From the NCBI RefSeq assembly GCF_009914755.1, contig NC_060933.1: 64,000 bases of DNA. One strand, written 5' to 3'. The notes beneath the pieces were generated by a model, which was given only the letters and a program-made list of their open reading frames with translations, was not told the origin of the DNA and did no database searches. Below are positions 1-15,715 of this stretch, piece by piece. Source of the DNA: the human T2T-CHM13v2.0 reference genome, Homo sapiens. Both the position numbers and the translations under genes were made by a program. How positions within the stretch are numbered: position 1 is the first letter of the stretch; every line of letters starts with the position of its first letter.

Positions 1-959
1 AGGAGCAGGTGAAACAGAGATCAAGAGAATCACAGCACAAAATAATGTCTGGTAAAATAAGGTAGGATAAAAAAGCTACTGAGACACAGAGAAGGAGATG
101 ACGATGATGATAATGATGGTGATATTTAGAAACAAGATATGAAGTATCTTATCTGCACTTGCATATATCTTACTACAAAAGGGATTTACTAACTTTTTAT
201 TCACGAAGAGTCTTGAATGCGCACAGTTCATACGGATATATGTTAGGAATATAAGAACATAATGCACGTGCGGGTGCACGCATGCACACATAAACACACA
301 CACACAGATGAGCACAAAGATAATTTCACAGTGAATCTGGTACAATAAAAGGTAAAGAAGAGCTTCCCCAGAGAAGCAACCTCCCATACAGACCCAAAGC
401 TTTTATAGGGCCCCTTTCTACTAGAAACCAACCTACCTTAAAAACAACAAAAATAAAGCTGAAAGGGGGTCTTTTCTAAAATTCTGCCTCAGTAGCCCAA
501 ACTTTGATCTTACACAACTGGACTGACCTAAAAGCAGAGTCCAACCAGCCACTGACTGTCCTCTGCTTTTACTAACCAATAAAAATATTCACATAAGGAG
601 GAGGAAAACGTAAATTTGTAGGTAGATGGGGCCAGCCATATGGAGGCAAGAGGAATCTATGCCAGGGCAAAGTCGCAGGCCAGGAGGCCAAGTTCAGTCT
701 GTGGCAAGCTCAGCCAAATCACCACATTCAGCCTGGTAAGATCACATACCATCTAGCACACAGCCTGGCACAAACCAAATGCTCAGAAAATATCGATTCC
801 TCTTCCCATCTGCAAATCACATCAGAAAACCTTTACTCTCTCATATCTTAAAAGACTATCTTTAAACCAGAATAGATGATGAAACAATTTCAAGGGTTTC
901 CCTCATAAGAAAAAGATGTATCTCTGCCCCCACCATGCTTTGAATTCATAGATTTAGAT

Positions 960-1115
960 GCCAAGAAGGAAGATTAGAAATCATGTGTCCAACCTCCTTA
1001 TTTTATAAATTGTAAAATTCAAGTCCAGAGATGTAAAGTGACTTTCACCCGGTCACACAGCTAGTTAATGGCAGCATCAGGACAAAAATCCAAGTACTTG
1101 GGCACCCAACTAAAC
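960..1115 (-). mobile_element. MIR SINE relic
   Basis: Reverse-complement MIR core: 'agagatgtaaagtgactttcacccggtcacacagctagttaatggcag'. Confidence 0.75.
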
Positions 1116-3195
1116 CCACTTTCTAATGTATCCTACTACTTTTTTGGGGCTGTCAGTTATAAATGGTGCTTAATGATGCAAATACCTCTGAGGCAGTTAA
1201 AAATGTCTTTTGCCTTCAAAATAGAGTGAAGATGGCAGATGATCGACTCCTACACAATGAGCATTGGGTTGGGGACAGGAGCGTCCATGAAGAGATGAAG
1301 AGCTGAAGGAAAAAAAGGGGTAAGCACAGAGGAGGAGATCAGGATGAAAAGCGACATAGAGATGCCTACTTAACAACTGTGCCTAGAGATCGACTCTGTT
1401 TCAGTCCACAGGTTGAATCTGAAAACGCCACCAGAGACTTCTCTCTTCCAAGTGTCTTTGAGCCTAGAAGATACAAAAGCCTGCATTCTCCCAGATCAGA
1501 CAAAATGTATGACTCTTCAGGAGAAAAAAGAAATCAGATTGTTACATTTTTAAAAAGAGGTTCAGTTTGAGTTTGCCTCTATCTCCTCAAACTATATGTT
1601 TTAGCAGAAACACAGCTAAACCACAGGTTTTATTAGAACTAGTGCCTGCTTATTCATCCACCAAATGTAAATCTGCCACTGAACCAACATTCAGACTGCT
1701 CAGGGAGAGCAAGCACCTTGCTTAGAAAGGGGGAAAGTCTAATTTAAGCATATGGAACTTGACAGCATAATTTTTTTAAAGATTCTCTTCTCAAAGAAAG
1801 TTTACAAGCAGTAAGTGGGGCTCTAAGGCTATTATTTCTTGGCAAAATAACTGCAGAACAATTGTCCAGTTCACAGTTTTGCACTGAGGGGATTTCTTTG
1901 GATTGTGGCCTTTCTTCATCTTTGTTCTAAGGAAAAAATCTGCCTTCAGGAGTCCTAAACAATGAAAGCGCTCTTCATTATGTCTATGAGTTTGGATAGA
2001 GTCCTGTGGCACAGAGACCATGCCTGGTAATGAAGCATAATAATCATCTGTTCCTAGTTAAACATACTCATACCTTCCACAGCAGGAGAGAACCTTTGGA
2101 AGGCGACAGAATGAAGGGCATTTGAGGTTGAGACCCTCAGTCCTCCTTGGGCTCAACTCTTACCCAAAGGACTCTCATAAAAAAGAATGAGAAGACATAA
2201 AAACATCACGTAAAATTCAATGTTATTCAACAAATATTTATGGGATCTCCAGTTTGCACAGGTCTTGTATGAAAAAACCAGAACCTCAAACCCTCCCAGT
2301 CTCATATCTCACCTAGACAACAAACAAGTAACACAATATTTTTCTACGGCCATTCAAACCTCTATTAGTTGCCACTTCAGCAGCTGATGAAAACTCTGCT
2401 TCCTCCAACACCCTTCAACCATAAAGGATGTGTGAGCCTCAGGAAGGAACCAAAGGAAGAACTTTCTAGAAATCAGAAGTGACTGGGAACCTTTGTGAGG
2501 CAGGGTTCTTGTTCCTGGAAGAATACACGACGGGGTTGCCAGGATATTGCAGAGAATGTAGGAGGAGGGGAATGGAAGAGAAAAATCCCTAAGGACATTC
2601 CCAACTCTATAACATCTCAAAGGCTTTAAACACAATAACAAGGTTTACATTTTAATGTAGATTATGAGGATTTTCACAGCCTTCATCCAAAGGCTATTGT
2701 TTGGGCTACTTTCCATTCTAGGAGCCTACACAAATTATGTGACATGAAGCAGAGTATTTAACTTCTCTAGGCCTCAGATTTATCACCACTAAAATGCAGG
2801 TGAGTAATTAAATAATCTCTCAAATCCTTTCCAACCCATTTTCTGAGTAAACGTGGTGTTCACTCTCTCCTTTTCACAAAGTTAAATTTCAGAAATTCTT
2901 TCTACCTATAAAATTCAACAGAATCCACTAAAAATTGTTATAAACGAAAATTCAATAAGGTGACAAGACGCAATGTAAATTTTACAAAAGCAATAGGTTT
3001 CTTATATACCATCAATTATAAGTTTTAAAATATAATGAAAAAAAGAATTAAAAATTCTTAAGAATGGCATGTAATATGAAGAAAACTACCTGTTTCTGAA
3101 GACCTAAATAAACATAGATATGTAAATGTTTCTGGAGGAGAAAGCAACATATAATAAGTATGTTCATTCTTCCTAACTTTCTTATAGGTTGAATG

Positions 3196-3415
3196 CAGTG
3201 CTTCTTAGCCTCTGCATTACTGGCATTTTGTGTTCCATAGTTTTTTGTTGCAAGAGCAGGAGTGCTCTGTGCATTGTAGGATGCTGAGCAGCATCTCTAG
3301 CCTCTTACCCACTAGATGCCAGTAGCACCCCTCGTGGTGACAACCAAAATTAAACTCTGTCTAGACATTGCCAAATGTCCCCAAGGAGCAATATCATGCA
3401 GAGAGAAAACCACTG
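3196..3415 (-). mobile_element. MER20 hAT-Charlie DNA transposon
   Basis: Termini cagtg...aaccactg; internal 'cccactagatgccagtagcacccc' and 'agacattgccaaatgtcccc' match MER20 reverse complement. Confidence 0.85.
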
Positions 3416-3448
3416 AATTAATGCAAAGTCCTAATGGGCCTTTCCTTA

Positions 3449-3822
<374 letters not shown>

Positions 3823-4036
3823 ATTGTGGAACACAGAAGGAAGACTAATTAAACTAAATAAAGAAAGAGAACAGAAGTATAAAATCATGACCTCAAATAT
3901 ATAGTAAAGTTTGCATATTATTGCTTTACAAATGAGTGGATGAAAAGAGATCAATAAATGGTAGTGGGTCAACAGTTTATTATAGTTTGGAAAGAAAAAT
4001 CAAAGTTAAATGCTTATTCACATGACTTGTATACAT

Positions 4037-4606
4037 GTTCTGATTATCTACTGCTACATAGCAAACCACTCAACAACTTAGCATCCTTAAAACAACAATT
4101 TATTATTATCTCTTGTGGTTCTAGGGGTTGACTGGGCCCATCAGGATGCTTCTCATTTGGGGTCTCTCATGCACTGCAGTCACATGTCACCTAGGACAGC
4201 AGTCATCTGAAGGGTGGGCTGGATGGACATCTAAGTGGCACACTCCCGTTCTGCCAGGTGATGCTGGCTATCAGCTAGGAGCTACGCTGAGGCTGTCAAT
4301 AAGAACACCAACACATGGCCTCTGCACATGACTTGAGCTTCCCACAGCATGGTGGCTGGTTTCCGAGAGGCAGAAAGAGGGGGCTTTCAGGCCATTTAGA
4401 AACATGCCTCCAACAGATGTAGCATCACTTCTACTGTATGTAATTGGCCCAAACAGTCTTGGAACCCATGCAAATTCAAGGGGGTAGAGAAATAGACTCC
4501 ATCTCTTGACATAAGAGTGGGAGCGTCACATCACAAAAGAGAATATAGAATGGGAGCTATGGTTTTAGTCATCATTGGAAAAGACAATCAGCCATAATAT
4601 GCCACA
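4037..4606 (-). mobile_element. MLT1 (MaLR) solo LTR, MLT1F/G/H-like
   Basis: Starts 'tgttctgattatctactgctacatagcaaaccactc...ttaaaacaacaatttattatt' (reverse complement of the MLT1 3' end); ends 'gccaca'. Confidence 0.75.
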
Positions 4607-5955
4607 AGAAATTCCAGGGAAATAAAGAGATAAATATTAAAATAAAATGTAAAACAACTAAAAGAAAATGTATTTGAATTTTTTACTTCATTTTAGGATG
4701 CAGAAGGCAAAGATAAACAGATATAACTACAAAAATATTTTAGCTCAAAAAGCACCACAAACAAAATGAAAAAGCAAACAAAAGACCAGGAAACATATTA
4801 ACATTCTATATCACAAAGAGTTAAAGACTTACATAAACAGTCCTTGCGAATCAATGATAAAGATAAACATTCATGTAGGGGGAAAAACAAAGGGCCTAAC
4901 CAATTCACAAAATAATCTAGTAGATAAGACATAAAATGAACACAATATTCTGCCAGTAGATTGAGTTGAGAGTGTAATATGTTATATAAACCTTTGGGGA
5001 AGCAACTTGGTAACACAGTCAGAGGTATTTAAAATGTTCATCTGACCAAATAATCTACCCTATGGACATATTTAGACATTTAGACCATCATTTTTAAAGA
5101 TATTTGGTACAACGTAAGTTCAGTAAAAAAGAAAGCAAACTTGACTAAACAAATTATAGTACACTTTCCGTATACATAAAAAATGTCTGCTGCACTTAAA
5201 AATTATATTTTCAAAGAATACTGAACTACATGGGGAGTTTGTAACACAATGTGGAAAAAGAGACCATGAAACTTTATTTAGAATAAGGCACAAGACACAT
5301 GCATGTATTTGCTTACTAAAATATTAACAAATGATATCTGCATCTACAAAGTACTTGTAGATAAGTTTCTTTTATTCTTTTTTCGGTATTTAAAAAATGT
5401 TCTGCAATAAACATACATAATTTTTCTACACTGAAAAAATAATGCTCTGAAGAAAAAAATACTAGTGTTAATGTGTAAAACACTAAAAAGGTCACGTTAC
5501 TGGATCACTGCCAAAAGATTTTTAAAAAGCAAGTTAAAAAGCAAGAGAATAAGCATGATTGTGCAGCAAATGACATCAGCAGTGGATTACACCTGGAACC
5601 ACTGACCCATTACATGGCGCATTTTGTCCATAATCAAGTAACTTTCCCAAGCTCGTGACCTGGCCGTGGCGTAGATTCTTAGGCAGTTGTGCGGTGTGAC
5701 TGCTTTCTAAACTTTTCTCTTACCCTTTTCAATATTTAGCGTATTTGTTTTCTTTGCTGAACTCAAAACGTTTGTGCCTTCATAGGCCTTTTAAATGATG
5801 AAATATTTAGCAATAATTTGCACTCACACATAGGACATTAGTCACCGGTTATCTTTTAACCAAAAGCCCTCCTGAATTTCAGAGAGTCCGAGCCAGGTAC
5901 AGTGTCTACTTCTCCTTCAAATGGAGAACCCATAAGTCGAGCAACTCCCCAGGCC

Positions 5956-6148
5956 CACAGTTCTCCACTTAAGTGTGCATCAGAATTTCACGGACGGCTG
6001 TACAAGCATAGATTGCTAGGCCCATCCCAGAGTTTCTGATTCAATGGGTGTACGGTGGGACCTGAGATTTTGCATTTCTAACAAGTTCCTGGGTGATGCT
6101 GATACTGATGCTGCAGGTCCTCAGGCCCCTCTGCTGTGGGAACCACTG
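5956..6148 (-). mobile_element. MER5A hAT-Charlie DNA transposon
   Basis: 'ttgcatttctaacaagttcctgggtgatgctgat' and terminus 'gaaccactg'. Confidence 0.85.
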
Positions 6149-7107
6149 CTCAAGATCATAGGAACACCTAAGCATCTTCCCACTACATGCTACTGCTATT
6201 CATTTATCCCCTATTATTCACATTAACAATATATTATTTGGTATCTGTTAACAAATTTAATCATCCATAACCCAAATAAATCCCTGAACTCCTCATACCA
6301 GTTTCAGGTGGAGAAGTACATTCAAACCCCAAGTCCAGCAATGGATTAAAAAAAAAAATCACCTCTTGTGTGGCCATTCCTCTTGATTGACAACTCTTAT
6401 ACCCTTGAGCAGCCCTGAAGCCTTCCTTCACTCTTCCATTCTCTCACATGACAAAACAAACTCTCCTCACATTCACATAGAAATAAGGTTATTCCCTCCC
6501 TTCTTCCTCCATTATCTTAATTCTTTAATGCAGTCTCTGCCCTTTCCTACACGAATTTCTCTACTTCCTTTCCTCTCCTTCCCTTACCGATTAGCTGATT
6601 AAACCTCAGGAGAGAAGCACTAAATCACACAAGTTTTTGTCCCTGTACACTTCATACATTCATCCTCCTTATCCACCCAATACACACTTAGCAGGTGCCA
6701 GCTGTATAACAATTCCTGTGTTAAGTATTACAGACAGAATGTGGAAACAAAGGTGGGATCATCTAGAGGTAAGTAGGGCACAGAGATGCTTCAAGGACAA
6801 AGTGTATTTGGTCTGAATGGTGAATTCAGGTCTAAATTTTATATTTCCCAAAACCCTTCAACCCACTGGAAGATAAAATATCTTCTTCAGAGTTTCATTC
6901 CTTTGGTTTCACCCCATTAAAATTTACATATCCTTGTGAAGGGTAGCCCTTTAAGGGTCATTATGCTTAAGCGTCAGTAAGTTTCATGCCCTTATCTGAT
7001 GAGGAGGACCCTGGATATGCTGAAGAACAGAAACAACCCTTAAGGAACAAAAGGGTATATGATAAGAGTGTCTCTGAAAAAAAAATGCCCTCTCCCAGCT
7101 TAGCTTG

Positions 7108-7270
7108 CAGTGGTTCTCAAAGTGTGGTACCTGGACCAACAGCATCAGCATCATCCTGGAGCTTGTCAGAAATGCAAAGTTTCTGTCCTCACTCCATATC
7201 TACCGAATCAGAAACCTGGGGGTAGGGTCAACCCATTGGCATTTTCAACACTTACATTTGAAAAGCACGG
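7108..7270 (+). mobile_element. MER5A1-like hAT DNA transposon (~160 bp)
   Basis: 'cagtggttctcaaagtgtggt...cagcatcagcatca...gaaatgcaaa...gaatcagaaac'. Confidence 0.85.
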
Positions 7271-8889
7271 CTCTAACATCTGTCACAGTCCCTGTAACGC
7301 TTCCATTAACATATATGATTACTACAGGTCCTAATAATTTGTCAAACTCCTTCATTAGTGTATGAATATTATTTTCAGAAAGGTGCGTGCGGTAATTATA
7401 AGCTATTTGTTATGAGCTAGGCTCTGCAGCAATGGGGTAGAGGTAGGTGCCTGTGGCTAAGAATAAGGAGACACCAGATGAAAGGAAGATGGCCATTGAT
7501 AAAGGTCAACATTAACAGTTTTGTTAGGGTTAGTCATCTGCCTCCCAAATTGGTGTGACTTACAGTGAACACCAAAGCAGGACTGATTTTGCCTGCTTCT
7601 GAAAATTCTCCGAGCTCTCAACAGGGCACGATTTTGCATGTAGTTGAAAAAGGCCCACATGAATCCCTGTTGCACAATGAAATGTTCATCTCATGTTATT
7701 TAGCATCCTTGGTCTCTCTTTGGGGTGGGGAGCAGAGAGGAAGGAGGAAGATGCATATTTTTAGTACCAGGGAACGATTTATCATTCAATGAAAGAGCAT
7801 ACATAGAGGCTTAAATCAAGTATGTGGAAATAATATGTTATTATTACTAGGCCTAACTCTGCTAAATTATAACCTATAAACCCTCAGTGCTTGACTTAAA
7901 TATTCAATCCACATTTGCAGGAAATCTAAATGGTTATTTCCTCCTTTAGTGCATGCATTACAGGAGGATTTACGAGTGCTTCCACAAAGCACATATGAGG
8001 AGCATGTTATCCAAGATGTCAGTGTAACCAGGCACAATTGATAAGCACACAGTCCACATCACGTATGCATTCTGGGAGCCTTTATGTGCAGTTAATTAGT
8101 TTAGCTATTGCTTTCATGGTTCATTTAGAAACTTCATGCTTCATTAAATATCAATAAATTTTATCCTCAAAAAACCTTTTCAGTAAAAATATGATTGTCT
8201 CTTCAACTGATAATCTTGTTAACGGATGTATATATTGCAAGCATGCCTGTCAGGACCGACAAAACTCTGAATTGCCATGGTTGCAGCACCCTGAAGTAAC
8301 ATGCAAATTTTATTCTGTAGTTTAACACACATGCCTCATCCACACATATTTTCTTACAGTAGAGGGGAAAAAATCTTTTTTTTCCTTTCCAAAACGATGC
8401 CTCTTTTAAGCTGCTATTTTTATTCTGTCGAGAATTCCTTCTTATGTTTCATAAGCTCCTTTCTCCATTACATCAATTCTGAGTTTCTCTTTATTGGAAA
8501 GACGAGCTTTTAGCAACTTTCTGTAGCATGAAAGAGACGTTTTCAGTAAACACATGTTTGCCATATCCCTGATACATGTGTCCAAAGAGGGCAGAGGTCA
8601 CAGTTACTGGGCTGTTACTGTCCCCTCTGTCACGGAATTATCTGGGCTGTTCACTGAATACCACGATGAAGTGGGTCAGGCAGGAAGGGTCGAGATTAAG
8701 AAAGAAGAGCTTCATTCACCTAAGCAGAAGTAGTGCCTTCAGCTATACTGTCTCCTGTCTTCCAGATCCAGCTCACATGTCTTTTAAGATGTCCCCGATA
8801 TGCTGAGATACAGAAGTTGTCAGACTTTTCCTCATTTTCCTATAGCACTTTGTTAAGGTTTTCACTACTAAATGTATTATAATATATGA

Positions 8890-9350
8890 TAGCATTCATT
8901 CATTTGTCCATCCATTAATTCAATAAAAACATATTAACCAAGGATACAATGGTAAATAAGACAAGTAACATTCCCCCATTTTCATAAAGTGCACATTGTA
9001 GTGGTGAGAGAATATACAATAATATGAGTGAATGAATAAGTGAACACGATAATTTCAAATAAGCGTAAGTGCCATCAAAGACATAAAATAGATGAGATGG
9101 GAGGCTACTCTGAACTGAGTGGCAGAAAAGGCCTATGGAAGAGGTAGCTCATAAGCTGGGATGCAAATAGTGAGAAGAAACCAGCCATGTAACAATACGG
9201 GGGCGGAGTCCCGGGCAGAAAAAAATGGCTAGTACAAAGACCTGAAGGCTGAACCAGCTTGGTATGCTAGAGAAAGGAGAAGAAAAAAAAAAAAAAAAAA
9301 AAAGCCAGGCTAGCTGCAATGTACTCGGCAAGGGAGAATGTGGTACCAGA
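8890..9350 (-). mobile_element. L2 LINE relic
   Basis: 'cattcattcatttgtccatccattaattcaataaa' is the reverse L2 3' tail, followed by L2-like body. Confidence 0.65.
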
Positions 9351-9690
9351 TAAATTTGCAGATGGCTCACCAGTCTCAACTTTAGACTATAAGCTCCTTG
9401 AGAACAGGGCCTGTATATTACTTGAATTTGCATCACTAGTCCCCATCCCATATATGATTTTCATGGTTAACAAATGCGGGTTGAATGAATCAGATGAACC
9501 ATCTCCAGGGTCATATGTGAAACACTGGAGAGTTTTCTCGCATTTTGTACAATCTCTGCCTTGTCTTGGCCCTTTCTTTCAATACGGATGATCATGTTCT
9601 ATCCTTTCTATGCAAAGTTAATAGACCATAGGCTCTCAATGCTGGAGAAGGTGCTTACAGTTATTTTTCCATAAGAGATAATAAATCTGT

Positions 9691-10176
<486 letters not shown>

Positions 10177-11196
10177 TTATACAGTATTTCAACTCAGCCA
10201 GTAAGAGACAACCAAGAATGAATGTTAGTATTAATATCATCATTGTGATCATCATCACCATTATTATCTCTTTGAACACAAAATAATGCAAACGAACTTT
10301 TCCAATGAACTTTATTATCATAAAGGATGAGGAGACAGAGGAAAAGGAGATAGCCTGCTAGAAATACTTTCCACTCCACAAAATATTTTCAGTCCTTCCG
10401 AAATTGGTCTATTTTGCCTCCGCTATTTCTTCCTCATTACAGGCATAGTAGGTGAGAGACAATTTTTAAATAATGGATGAACGAATACCTGGTTTCATTT
10501 CTTCAGAATAACCTCCAGTGGTGCTAAGGAACTGACCACGCTGGCACTGACAGGCTTCAAGACCACCATAAATCCGCAATGCCAAGTGTGACTGCACTGG
10601 ATATGTGTGGGAAATAGAAACTCGCCGGGTTTATGCAAACCAGTAAAAATTCCAAAAGGATCTGATGCCAGGAAAATGCCTTATTTTGTCAGAAAGTACA
10701 TCTCCCGCACAGCGGCAGGCCTGGCATAGCTTGAACCACATGTTAAAAACAAAGCAAAGTGACATGCGATACAGGCCTTACTGCCTGATGACAGAATTCA
10801 CGAGCTGTCTTCACTCTGAGCTTTTCTGGAACCAAATGAGTCCACGTTAACCCAAGCTTGTTTGACAGTTTTGTCTTATCATGTGATTTTCTTCAAAGTC
10901 CTTGTATTTTAGGTAAGACTTACTTTTCTTATTACAATTTCAATATTTATCCCAGATTACAAATAATAATGTAATTCTAACGAACTCTGTACTTTCCAAC
11001 CTATTCTATAGCCAAGTTAGGGTTTCAGATATATTCTTTTTTAACTTCTGGAGGCATGTAGATGACTTCAAAAGAATATTTAAATCAGCTGGTAAACCAG
11101 GTAGTCACCTGTCTCAATACTCATTGTGTGTGCAACACCTCCATATCCGTATTGGTAATCACTGCAGTCTAGAGGATACTGCTTTTATGAAAGTCA

Positions 11197-11545
<349 letters not shown>

Positions 11546-11829
11546 AATCTTAAAAATTTAAATAAAAAATAATATTAGCCTCAAATTTTAATCAATTAGA
11601 AAATTTCTGTTTTAGCATTTCCACAACACCTGCTCTGATCATGGACAATAAGAATAAAAAGAATGTTTATACACATGGGGAAGAGGAGCCCCATGACAAA
11701 TAAAGGGTTTCAAAAACACCCCTTCGTGGATGCATTGGACTTTCTTTTCCCCTTTAGTCAGTGTCTACTTGTCTCTCTCCAACTCGTCCAGCCCCAGTTA
11801 TTATGGTAAGAAGCAGATACTTCACTTGC

Positions 11830-12640
11830 TGTATTAGTTTTCTAGGGCTGCCGTAACAAAAGTACAACAAACTGAATGGCTTGAAACAACAGGATTTTCT
11901 TCTCTCCAAGTTCTGGATGCTAGAAGTCTTTTTTTTTTTTTTTTTTTTTGAGACAGAGTTTCGCTCTGTCGCCCAAGCTGGAGTACAGTGGCGCAATTCT
12001 CGGCTCACTGTAGCCTCTGCCTCCCAGGTTCCAAGCAATCCTCCCCACTCAGCCTCTCAAGTAGCTGGGATTACAGGTGCATGTCACACCCAGCTAATTT
12101 TTGTTTTTTTTTTTTTCAGTAGAGATGGGGGTTTCACCATGTTGGTCAGGCTGGTCTCAAACTACTGACCTCAAGTGATCCACCTGCCTCGGCCTCCCAA
12201 AGTGGTGGGATTACAGGCGTGAGCCACTGCACCCAGGCTGAGGCTAGAATTCTGAAATCAAGGTGTTGGCAGGGCCAGGCTCTCTCTGTAGCCTCTAGGA
12301 GAGGATCCTTCCTTGCCCCTTCCCAGCTTCTGGTGGTTGCCAGCAACACTGACCATCCCTCAGTTTATAGATATGTGATCTCCCATCACCTCCTCTGTCG
12401 TCATGTGGTGCTCTCCCTGTATGTCTTCTGTGTTCACCCTGCATTCTTGTCTCTGTGTCCAAATTTCCTTCTTTTTTTAAGAACATCAATTACTGGATTA
12501 GATCCCAGTCTAATCCGGTATGACCTCATTTTTTTAACTTGATTACATCTACAAAAGCTCTATCTCCAGAAAAACAAAAGTCACATTCTGAGGTTCCAGG
12601 TGGGCATTAATTTGGGGGGATATCTTTCAAGCAAGTGTGA
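11830..12640 (-). mobile_element. MLT1C-like MaLR solo LTR split by an Alu
   Basis: 'tgtattagttttctagggctgccgtaacaaaagtac...' and, after the Alu, 'aaatcaaggtgttggcagggcc...gtcacattctgaggttccagg'. Confidence 0.85.
11929..12238 (-). mobile_element. Alu (AluS)
   Basis: Poly-T followed by reverse Alu; degenerate TSD gatgctagaagtct / gaggctagaattct. Confidence 0.95.
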
Positions 12641-12830
12641 TTCTCAGCCAGTATCCTTTCAATTGTCACTTGGTCCAAGGAATCTGAAGAACATTTGCAG
12701 ACAAAATAATTACCCAAGCAAGAACAATGGAAGGAAGGTGATATAATTCAATGAATAAGTCTATCAGGAAAACCTGTTAGAAGCTTGACCGTTTCAGAAT
12801 GGAAGATTCTCATCTATAAGATCAATCACT

Positions 12831-13130
12831 GGCCGGGCGCGGTGGCTCACGCCTGTAATCCCAGCACTTTGGGAGGCCGAGGTGGGCAGATCACGAGGTC
12901 AGATCGAGACCATCCTGGCTAACACGGTGAAACCCCATCTCTATTAAAAAATACAAAAAATAAGCTGGGCATAGTGGCACACACCTGTAATCCCAGCTAG
13001 TCAGGAGGCTGAGGCAGAAGAATGGCCTGAACTCTGGAGGCGGAGCTTGCAGTGAGCCAAGATTTCACCACTGCACTCCAGCCCGGACGACAGAGTCTCG
13101 CTCTGTCAAAAAAAAAAAAAAAAAAAAAAA
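12831..13130 (+). mobile_element. AluY-like
   Basis: Y diagnostics 'gaccatcctggctaacacggtg', 'gaatggc', 'gcggagcttgcag'; long A tail; flanks 'atcaatcact' / 'atcaatcgcc'. Confidence 0.92.
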
Positions 13131-13472
13131 ATCAATCGCCAACAGATCCATCCATGCAAAAATACCTACACAGCCACCTCTTCAAGAAAATGTTCTTTTT
13201 AACTGAACTAATCTCTTCTCTGGACCCAGCTCCCTAAGTAGGGTACTTTCTACCCTCTCATCATCCACATGAGGATGGAGAGGGGAAGTAGCAACAATGC
13301 CTGGGCATCATGCTAGGGACTCTACACATGTTATACATCACCTCCACTAGAAAATAAAGAAACTCAAGTTCAAAGAGATAAAGCAATCAGCTCTAAAGTC
13401 ATACAGGAGAGTTAGGGTTTGAACACAGATCTGCCTGGGTCCATAGCTGCTGCCTCATTTTTTATGTCTCAG

Positions 13473-13540
13473 CATGTGCACGCATGTGCACTGGCACACA
13501 CACACACACACACACACACACGCGCACGCGCGCACACATA
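13473..13540. repeat. (CA)n/(CG)n alternating purine-pyrimidine microsatellite
   Basis: Directly visible. Confidence 0.9.
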
Positions 13541-13819
13541 CCATTTCTCAAACATGCCCATTTAATTTACCTATGTCTGAAATTCATCATTTTCACAATC
13601 CATGGAATATTAAGAGCTGGAGGATACCTCATTTAACATAACAATTTCATTTTACAGATGAACAAGAAATGATAAGCAAGTGATTTGTCCAAGATCATGG
13701 GAATAATTTGTGACCAAACTGAGACGAAGTCCTCACACTTTCTGGCTTCTAGTCCAGCCTGGCCACATGTAGCCTCTCAAGTGGTATTTCTACCCAGGCA
13801 GTAAGACCACATTTCACAG

Positions 13820-14060
13820 GCAGGACAGCATGGCAGTTTGGAGTGTGAACACTGAAATTAGACTGCAAAGATTCACATTCTAGGCCCATTGCTTATATAT
13901 GCGGGCCAGTCATTGAGTAGCTACACTTCAGTATTCTGAAATATTAAATGGAGGTAATAAAAGCATCAGCCACATAGTATTTAGTATCTCACAGGATTCT
14001 TGAGAAAATTAGGTATGCTCAGAATTGTGCTTAGTGTACAGTAAGTGCTCAGTATGTTAG
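13820..14060 (+). mobile_element. MIR relic (further minus-strand MIRs at ~13280-13450 and ~13600-13760)
   Basis: MIR 3' end 'gtgcttagtgtacagtaagtgctcagtatgttag'. Confidence 0.6.
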
Positions 14061-15322
14061 TTGGTGGTGGTGGTTTTGTTGTGCTTATTACACTATTATT
14101 ACTGTTAATAATAATAACAACATATAATGAAAAGGCTACAAATGAGTAAGGCCAGCGCTTTTCATCACCATGCATTTCTAGCAGCCACACTGGCTATAAG
14201 CCCTCATTCATGGATACCATGGTACAGTGATTTCCTGGTCCTTCATAAGAATTAACTTTAACCTTATTTCATAATCTACTTTATTCTCATCCAATTGTCA
14301 CGTCTTCCTCTAAACACAAAATATGCAAAGGTCTATATGCTGGTTTTAATTTCCCGGATGTTATGAGTCCACATTTAACTGCCTCCTTCAAATGACAGTG
14401 GGTCATTTAGTGTCCTTAAAAGCCAACAATGTTATTACATCCTGACTCTGACAAATCCTTGCTCTTTTCTCTCTCAGCTTATCTCTGTCTCAGGAAGGCA
14501 AACCCTGGGAAAATTATACAAACAGCCCCAAATATTTGAAATCAGCATTGTCCTCCCATGCTTATGCCTCTCTGAAAGCTTAGAGGACTTTGCTTTCAGT
14601 TTGATTCTTTCATTAGCCCAAGGCTTGCTAATTAATTGGAATTTTCCAGAGCTTTTGTTGTTGTGATAAAGAGGAACAATGCAAAAGCTCATTTCTTCAT
14701 GTTAAAGAGGGTCCATCCACCCTCCAGAGAGTAGCACGGAGACGACAGGGATAAGAGGTAGGATTAACTCGACTGTGAAAGGGTCAGACTTTCTGAGTTC
14801 CTGCTCCCCTCACTTCTCCCCACAGCTGCCTTCATCTTCACCAAAACTGATTTATGGGAAGTGACATCTTAACCATGGCTTTTATCCCTCCAAAGGAAAG
14901 GCTGCTTAGAGGGCATTATGTATGATCTAAAATTAGATGGCAAAGAACATCCCATGAGCATGCAACAAACAATATTGGAAAGCAAAAGATATTGTATAAA
15001 GTGAGAGGCTTACTGAAGAATGAAAATGAATAGATCAGGGAGGAAGGCAGTAAAACTCAGATGAACACTCCCAAGCAAAGCAAAGACCAGACTTAAAAGA
15101 AACAAAAAGATGCTTAATCTTGACAAAAATAGCACTGTTTAAACCAAAGATAGCAGAGCAGCTGGAGTCTAGGGGAAGTGAAGGGAAGTGAAGAGAGATT
15201 GATTCTGAATTTTGTTCTTGGTTTCCTTTTTAAGGTATCATGCTTTGCTTTGGTACACTGGGTTACTGGGACTTGTGGAAACCCATGTAGGCTGTGTTTC
15301 ATCCACACTGTGAGAGGCTCTA

Positions 15323-15715
<393 letters not shown>

